The translations under genes were made by a program, and so were the position numbers. Positions 57,823 through 64,000 of a stretch of 64,000 nucleotides of DNA are shown here, in pieces. The DNA comes from an uncultured Solirubrobacterales bacterium. GTDB taxonomy: Bacteria > Actinomycetota > Thermoleophilia > Solirubrobacterales > Solirubrobacteraceae. How positions within the stretch are numbered: the stretch's first letter is position 1; the number at the start of each line of letters is the position of its first letter. The stretch lies in assembly GCA_963802655.1 (NCBI GenBank), contig CAWDJM010000016.1, positions 195,813 to 259,812 of the forward strand, written 5' to 3'. The notes under the pieces were generated by a model. The model had not been told where the DNA came from, searched no databases, and saw only the letters and a program-made list of their open reading frames with translations.

Positions 57823-58798
57823 TCACCCGCTCGACGGCTGTCCCGGGTCTGCGGCGCCCTCGCGCTCATCGCGATCCGCCCATGCCAGCAGCGGATCGAG
57901 CGCGAACACCGCGTCGTCGATGCCCTCGTGCAGGTCCCCGAGCCGGGCGAATCGCTCCGGAACGGTGGCGATCGTGAAGTCCTGGGGCTCGACGTCGTCG
58001 ATCTCGTCCCACCGCACCGGGGTCGACACCGTTGCATCACGGACCCCGCGCACCGAGTAGGCGCTGGCGATCGTGTGATCGCGGGCGTTCTGGTTGTAGT
58101 CGACGAACACCTTGTCGACCTCCCGGTCCTTGCGCCACCAGGTGGTGGTAGCGTCAGCCGGCGCCCGGCGCTCCACCTCGCGGGCGAACGCCAGCGCGGC
58201 GCGGCGGACGTCGTGAAAACCCCACCGCGGCGGGATCCGGACGTAGATGTGAAGCCCCGAGCCACCGGACGTCTTCGGCCAGCCGACGGCGCCTAGCTCG
58301 TCGAGCACCTCGTGGGCGACCCCGGCCACTCGCCGGACCGTGTCGAGCTCGCACTCGGGCATCGGATCGAGGTCGATCCGCCACTCGTCGGGGCATTCGA
58401 CGTCGGCGCGGCGCGAGTTCCAGGGGTGAAACTCGACGGTCGCCATCTGCACCGCCCAGATCACGCTGCCGAGCTCGGTCACGCACAGCTCGTCAGCGTG
58501 GCGGCCGGACGGGAAGTCGACCCGGACCGTCTGCACCCACGCTGGCGCGCCCTTGCGGGATCCGCTTCTGGTGGACCTTCTTGTCGTCCACGCCCTTGGG
58601 GAACCGGTGCAGCATGCACGGGCGCTCGCGGAGCGCCCGCACAATCCCGTCGCCGACGCCGATGTAGTAGCGGGCCAGGTCGAGCTTGGTCTCGCCCCGG
58701 GCGGAGAAGTACACGCGGTCGGGGCTCGAGATCCGGACGGTCCTGCCTCCGACCTCGAGCTCGACCGCAGGTGTGCTGTTCGCGGGGGTCACGGTCAT
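57823..58798 (-). pseudogene. stand-alone LigD polymerase/primase domain gene, frameshifted
   Basis: The N-terminal part (frame of ORF 58493..59218) is MTVTPANSTPAVELEVGGRTVRISSPDRVYFSARGETKLDLARYYIGVGDGIVRALRERPCMLHRFPKGVDDKKVHQKRIPQG. The remainder (ORF 57823..58644 frame) is APAWVQTVRVDFPSGRHADE...EFHPWNSR...KTSGGSGLHIYV. The 976-nt span is 3n+1, and the junction is near 58545-58560. Confidence 0.75.
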
Positions 58799-58859
58799 GG
58801 CAATTAGACCGCTCCGGCGCATTCCCTTCATCGCCCATATGGGCGGCTTGGCCCGTTCG

Positions 58860-59357
58860 TCAACCTCCCCGTGCTGGCGGCGGGTCGGCGGGCGAATCGC
58901 TGTCGACCAATCCACGGCGCTCGGCCGCCTCGCGATCCACCTCGACGGTGTCGCGGCCCGACGTGTCACGGCCGGTCGCGTCACTGCCGGCGCCTCCCCG
59001 GTCGGCGGCGTCATGGTCGCCGGCGTCCGTCTCGCGTAAAGAGCCGTCCTCGTTGGTGAGCTCGTCGTCGGCGAGCCCATGTTCGTGGGCGCGCGCGGTC
59101 TCCTCGTGGATCTGAGCCTCCGCCCGCTCGCGCTCGGCCTCGGCGGCGGCGATCCGGGCCTTGCGCTCGGCCACGTCGGCGCGCTGCTCCCGGGCCTGTG
59201 CGACCTGGCGGTGTTCACCGGCGGCCTCGTCTCGACGACGTTCCAGCTCGCGTTCCCGCCGGCGTGCCGCCATCCGCCCCCGCATCGAGAACAGCGCGAT
59301 CAACACGACGATCAACACCACCACGACGATGATCACGACCAGCAATCCGGTCGACAT
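58860..59357 (-). CDS. membrane-anchored charged coiled-coil protein (hypothetical)
   Basis: 165 aa. The N-terminal TM is LLVVIIVVVVLIVVLIALF, followed by a helical region rich in R, E and A, and an acidic tail. Confidence 0.5.
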   Translation of the reverse strand: MSTGLLVVIIVVVVLIVVLIALFSMRGRMAARRRERELERRRDEAAGEHRQVAQAREQRADVAERKARIAAAEAERERAEAQIHEETARAHEHGLADDELTNEDGSLRETDAGDHDAADRGGAGSDATGRDTSGRDTVEVDREAAERRGLVDSDSPADPPPARGG

Positions 59358-59504
59358 ATTTCAACCTCCCTGATTTGACTGTCCGAAGGCTTCTGCCCCC
59401 CTCGGCACAGCCCAAACTCAGCTTCGGTCAGGCGCCCCCGACGAACTCCAGCCGGTTGTCGAACGGATCCGCGGCGAAGACGTGGTCGAGCCCTACGATG
59501 AAGC

Positions 59505-60347
59505 TCACGAGCGCCCCGCGGCCAGATCGTCGGCTGAGTCAGCGGTGTCTGCGAACAGCCGCTCCAGCACGCGCGCCACTCCCGCGTCGTCGTTGGCGGC
59601 GGTGATCTCGTCGGCGATCGCCAGCACGTCGGGGTGAGCGTTGGCGACCGCGACGGCGTGGCCGGCCCACTGGAGCATCGCCAGGTCGTTGGGCATGTCG
59701 CCGAACGCGACCACGTGCTCACGGGAGATCCCGCGCTCGGTGCATACGCGCTCGAGCGCGGTCGCCTTGCTGACGCCCGCGGCGGCGATCTCGATCAGGC
59801 TCTCGGCCGAGTTGGAGTGCGACAGCTCGGCGAGATCGCCGACCAGCGCCTGCGCCCGCTCGAGCAGCGCGTCGGCGGTGTGCCGCTCGTGGCGGAACAT
59901 CAGCTTGTGCGACGGCTCGGTCACCAGCGACTCGATCGCGGCGACGGTCGTCTCCGGCGGGATCGGCCAGCGCGACCAGTAGGCGGGTTCGCGGCCGAAC
60001 CCGCTGGAGCGCTCGACCGCCCACACCCCGCCGGGGAACTCCTCCTGCAGCAGCGCCACGACCTCGCCCGCGATCCCGGGGTCGAGCGGGAAGTCCTCGA
60101 GCACCGACTCGGTGTGCAGATCCCACAGCACGCCGCCGTTGGAGCAGATCGCGACCCCGCGGTGGCCGGTGGCCTCGGCGAGCGGCCGCATCCACCGCGC
60201 CGGGCGCGCCGTGCAGATCACGAACATCGCCCCGGCCGCCTCAACCGCGGTCAGCGCGCGGCAGCTGCGGTCGTCCAGCGATCCGTCGGATCGCAGCAGG
60301 GTGCCGTCGAGGTCGGTGGCGATCGCCTTCGGGCGCGTCGGGGACAT
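59505..60347 (-). CDS. Cof-type HAD-IIB family hydrolase
   Basis: Motif I is IATDLDGTLL and motif IV is AFGDMPNDLAML. The cap region is of Cof type. Confidence 0.85.
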   Translation of the reverse strand: MSPTRPKAIATDLDGTLLRSDGSLDDRSCRALTAVEAAGAMFVICTARPARWMRPLAEATGHRGVAICSNGGVLWDLHTESVLEDFPLDPGIAGEVVALLQEEFPGGVWAVERSSGFGREPAYWSRWPIPPETTVAAIESLVTEPSHKLMFRHERHTADALLERAQALVGDLAELSHSNSAESLIEIAAAGVSKATALERVCTERGISREHVVAFGDMPNDLAMLQWAGHAVAVANAHPDVLAIADEITAANDDAGVARVLERLFADTADSADDLAAGRS

Positions 60348-60366
60348 CTCCCCAGATGCTGGCAGG

Positions 60367-63300
60367 TCACTTCGGAACGGTGACGCCGTGGAGCATCACC
60401 GGTCCCTGCGTCGGGTCTAGCTCGGTCGCCTGCGAGACGCCGTCCGGCGTGATCGTGTCGACCACCTTGGGGACCGTCGCAGGATCGACCGCGCAGATCG
60501 GGCTCGCCTTACCGGGCTGGCAGACGCCGAACGCGAACGCCTGCGGCGTCGAGGCGAACGCCCTCGCCTGATCGGGGCTGAATCCGTCCTGGCCGGTCAG
60601 CGCGACCGTGAACTTCCAGCCGCCGCCGACCGTCCCGAACTGCGCCGTCGGGACCACGATCGTGGCGGTGGCGTTGGCGCTGTCGACCACGAACTGAGCC
60701 GAGCCGACCGTGTTGCCCGAGGGGTCGACCCACGCCGGGCCGGCGAATCCCTGGACCTCAAGCCGCTGGCTCCAGGCATCGTCGGTCGCGATCGTGTAGT
60801 TGCGCGTCGCGAACGGCGCGGCGGTAGACGTGGCGGTCTTGGACGGATCGCGGACATAGAGGTCGAGCAGCTGCGCGCCGAAAGTTCGTCGCGAACGTCG
60901 GGGTCAGGTCTCCGAGCTTGAACTGGATGAACACGTCGGTTGGGGTCTGATTGACCTGCATGCCCTCGAGGTCGAACGCCCCGGGCTTGAAGTCGCCGCT
61001 GGTCGGATACCCGTACGTGCCCGGCCCGTTGTCGTCGCCGGTCGGGTCGGTGGCGCTGAACACGGTCGGCCCCGGCACCAGTGTGTCGGTGACCGACGTC
61101 TGCGCGTAGCCGGTGCGGCGGGCGAGTGTGCTCGTGGCCGTGATCACGGCAGGCCCGAAGCTGACCGCCACCGGCACCGACCAGGCGCCCGAGGCGTCGG
61201 CGGTGGTCGTGGCGATCGCCGTCGCCAGCGGTCCCCACAACTCGACCACGACCTTGGCGCGCGGTGCGGTGGTGCCGCTGACGGTCACCGACGAGCTGCC
61301 GATCGTCGTGCCCGCGGCCGGCGAGCCGATCGTGAGCGCCAGTGAGCCGGGCATCCCGTGGGCGACGTAGCGGTCCGAGACGATCTGCGGCGTCTCGAGG
61401 TTACGGCCCGCGCCCAGGTCGACGGCCAGCCGGGCGTACGTCGCCTGCGCCCACGTCAGCGGGCTGGCCGAGCCGGTCGGCTGCCCGGGCTCGAACCCGA
61501 TCGACGCGGTGGTCGGGTCGGTCCCGAACGGCGACGGGGCGACGGCCGGGTCCTCCCAGGCCTGCTCGGGCTCGAGGTAGCCGCCGGAGGTCATGTTCGA
61601 GATCGCGTCCAGCAGCGTTGCCGCCGGCCCGCGGTCGCCGGACGCGACGTCGAACTCGCCGCGCTCGCCGGCCAGCACCGGCCACAGGTGCCCGGAGCCG
61701 ACGTTGGGCGTCGGCTGGCCGGGGGCGACGTTATTCGTCGGCCACGGCTTGCCGGTGGGAGTGCAGTTGGTCGGGTCGGGCTCGTAGCAGTCTCCGTACC
61801 CGTCCTCGGAGCCGGTCGCATCGGTGCCGTACCGATAGAAGCCGGTACCGTTCGGCGTCTGGCGCTCGATCACCCGATCGACGACCGCCAGCGACGACGC
61901 GATCGTGGGGTCGCTCGCCGGCAACACGCCCAGGCGCACGAGCTCGAGGAAACCGGCGTCGATGACGGAGCGCTGGTCAACCATGACGCTGCCGTTACCC
62001 AGGTTGTAGGGGCTCGCCACATTCGGGTCCCCGGTCTTCGACAGCCGGATGAAGTAGCTGGACCCGTACGGCCCGGTCGTGGTCACCGTCCAGTTCTTGA
62101 TGTTGCGTGCGAAGTCGTCAGCGGTGGCCTGATAGACCGCCGCGTGCTCGGAGTCGCCGTTGACCCGAGCGATGCTCGCGGCGGCGGTCAGCCCGGCGAT
62201 CTCGGCCGAGATCGTCGACGGCGAGTAGCCGGACTGCTCCTCCCAGCGCTCGACGCCGTCCGACGGGCCGTGGGCGACGAGGAAGTCGGCGGCCGGCACC
62301 ACGTGGTCGCGGTACAGCCGGCGATTGCCGGCCAGCCCCGACTGCCAGTCCATCAGGATCGGATACGAGGTCTCGTCGAGCTGCAGGCCGCCGGTGTCGG
62401 GCGCGACCTTGCCGTTGAGCAGCGAGTTTCGCGGCATCGAGCCGTCGGACTGCTGCTGGCGATCGAACAGGAACCGCGTGGCTGCGCGTGCCGTCCGCAG
62501 ATCGCCGGCGACCAGCAACCCGGTGAACGCCTCGTACAGGTCACGGGCGAACACCTCGCGGTAGGAGCCGAAGTACGTCGGCTTGCCGTTGGTGGCGTTA
62601 CCGGCAGGCACGGCCTGGCCCCACGGGGAGGCCAGCCCGGCGGCGATCGCACCGCTGAACGTCTTGTCCTCGCTGGCCTTGACCACGTTGACCGAGCGGT
62701 AGTACTGGCGCGCGACCGACTGCCCGAGGCGCGGGGACGGTCGGCGCAGGCTCGAGTCATACCGCTGCCACTGGCGGTCATAGCGGGTCCACGCGCGCGT
62801 GAACGGCTGGTCGACCGACTGATCGGCGGTGCGTAGCGCCCGCTTCTCGGTGGTGCCGAATCCGAGCGCCAGGCTCACGTCGCGGTCGCCGCGCAGGCGC
62901 AGCCGCGCGGTCAGGGCGACGTGTCCGTTCGGAGCGGAGTGAAATCTCGTCAGCGCGTGATCTGAGTCGAGCAGCTGCTGGCCGTCCGAGGACGTGCCGG
63001 CGTAGCCGACGCTGGCGGCCGAGAACCCGCCGGAGGACTGCAGCGCCTCGAACGTCGGCACCGCGTAGTCGCGGTTGACCGCCTGGGTGACGGTGTTCGT
63101 GTTGAACGCCACTGGCACCGGATCGCCGCGGCGGCTGTCCAGCTTGGCGCTGTTGGCGCCGGAGTTCTGGTCTCCCCCACCCCCGGTCCCGCCGGCCAGG
63201 GGCTCGAGCCGCACGTACACCTGGTCGGCCGCCGGGCCCTCGAACCGCGTGCGCATCAGCACCGCGTCGCGCGCGGGGTCGGCGAGGTAGGTGGTCACCA

Positions 63301-63673
63301 GCCGGTAGTGGTGCGCGCTGCTGGAGGCCACGACCGTGCAGGCCATTCCGGTCGGATCGGAGAAGCTCCGGTAGGTCATGTCGCGCGTCTGCAGGTCGGT
63401 GAAGCTGCGCCCGTCGCTGACCTCGTACTGCAGCGTCTTGACGTTGGTGGCATCGACGTTGGGCCAGTAGACGTCCGACAGGACCCCGCCGGCGACCGTG
63501 AACCACACCTTGGAGCCCGCGTCGCGGGCGGTGCCGACGCAGTCCTTGCGCGCGAGATCGAAGTAGCTCGGAGTACCCGGAGCGCCGGGAGCGACAGCGG
63601 CGCGGACCGCCGGGGCAAGTCCACAGGCGAGTGCGCCCGCAACCAACAGGGTGCTGATGACACGACGTTTCAT
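60367..63673 (-). pseudogene. GH15 glucoamylase/glucodextranase-like exported glycoside hydrolase, single-base frameshift near its 3' end
   Basis: The signal peptide is MKRRVISTLLVAGALACGLAPAVRA, followed by a GH15 N-domain and an (alpha/alpha)6 catalytic part (ERWEEQSGYSPSTI). The C-terminal glucodextranase-type domain continues in another frame after ...TPTFATNF (FGAQLLDLYVRDPSK...VVDSANATATIVVP..., which is ORF 60367..60690). The 3307-nt span is 3n+1, and the shift lies at the AAA run at 60881-60883. Confidence 0.8.
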
Positions 63674-63736
63674 CTCCCGACCTCCCTTTAGTGCGATCGG
63701 CGCAGATCATCTCACGCCCACGCGGGCGTCGCGCCG

Positions 63737-64000
63737 TCAGGCTCGGCGTCGCAGCGGCCGCGCGCGCAGGCTCGCCGCCCACGCAGCGAGGATCATCGCC
63801 GCTCCGGCCGCGAACACGATCCACGGGACCACCGACGGAGATGACGTCGTCGTCGCTGCCGGGGTTGCCTGCGGCGTCGGCAGCTGATGTCCGGCCGCCG
63901 CCGCCAGGCGCTGGACGGCGGTCAGCGCCGCGGTGGCCAGTCCGCCTCCGCCGGCCGAGATTGGGACCCCCCGCAGCGCGGACTCGCCGCTCGCCACGGT
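63737..64000 (-). CDS. C-terminal end of a surface/exported protein with terminal TM anchor (5' part outside window)
   Basis: ...TPQATPAATTTSSPSVVPWIVFAAGAAMILAAWAASLRARPLRRRA* is a Thr/Pro linker, a TM helix and an Arg-rich tail, the same tail architecture as 15531..16931. The frame is open to the window edge. Confidence 0.4.
   Translation of the reverse strand, partial: TVASGESALRGVPISAGGGGLATAALTAVQRLAAAAGHQLPTPQATPAATTTSSPSVVPWIVFAAGAAMILAAWAASLRARPLRRRA

Noticed and set aside
59428-59508. 26-codon mini-ORF (VSFIVGLDHVFAADPFDNRLEFVGGA*) whose GTG overlaps the HAD gene stop. It resembles the last beta-strand of a VOC/glyoxalase protein.
   Set aside because: It is too short to support either a gene or a remnant call from sequence alone. 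It is noted only as a possible further relic.

Overview
This is a very GC-rich, densely coding chromosomal window of actinobacterial type. A Thermoleophilia-like origin is only an inference from gene content and codon style. I support about 60 protein genes and found no rRNA, tRNA or CRISPR array. Many long ORFs in the track are antisense shadows typical of high-GC DNA and were discarded.

Main modules:
- Regulator and efflux pairs: MarR with an MFS transporter, and an MmyB-like regulator with an MFS transporter.
- A long minus-strand operon (about 19016 down to 11206). It combines a TupABC-like oxyanion ABC importer (two TupB-like permeases and a TupC-like ATPase) with a MotA/ExbB-like plus DUF2149/ExbD-like pair, a TupA-like binding protein fused to Ig-like repeats, and a PKD/Pro-Thr-rich anchored protein. 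A MerR-HTH/Mop regulator lies next to it. This is my best candidate for an undescribed system.
- A PadR regulator with an aldehyde dehydrogenase.
- An MhqO-like dioxygenase with a cNMP-binding TrxR-like protein.
- A SigB-type sigma factor with a STAS protein and a stand-alone RsbRD_N protein.
- A translationally coupled hydroxyproline catabolic cluster.
- An RpoD-like sigma factor.
- A hybrid histidine kinase, an HD-GYP protein and a CheY-like regulator.
- secG, then ccmE-ccmF in which CcmE carries a CxxxY motif.
- A cupredoxin protein.
- A formamidase preceded by a MoaD-like gene.
- A MacB-type ABC exporter.
- A stand-alone LigD polymerase-domain gene.
- A GH15 glucodextranase-like gene.

The window also holds a palindromic repeat element in two copies. 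One copy is a 164-bp MITE-like insertion with a target-site duplication that splits a PPOX-family gene. The other sits inside the transporter operon. Other gene lesions are an ALDH N-terminal remnant, a PPDK C-terminal remnant and two single-base frameshifts. There are also several clear palindromic operator candidates and a repeat-rich convergent intergenic region.

All family assignments come from reading the translated ORFs. No database search was run.
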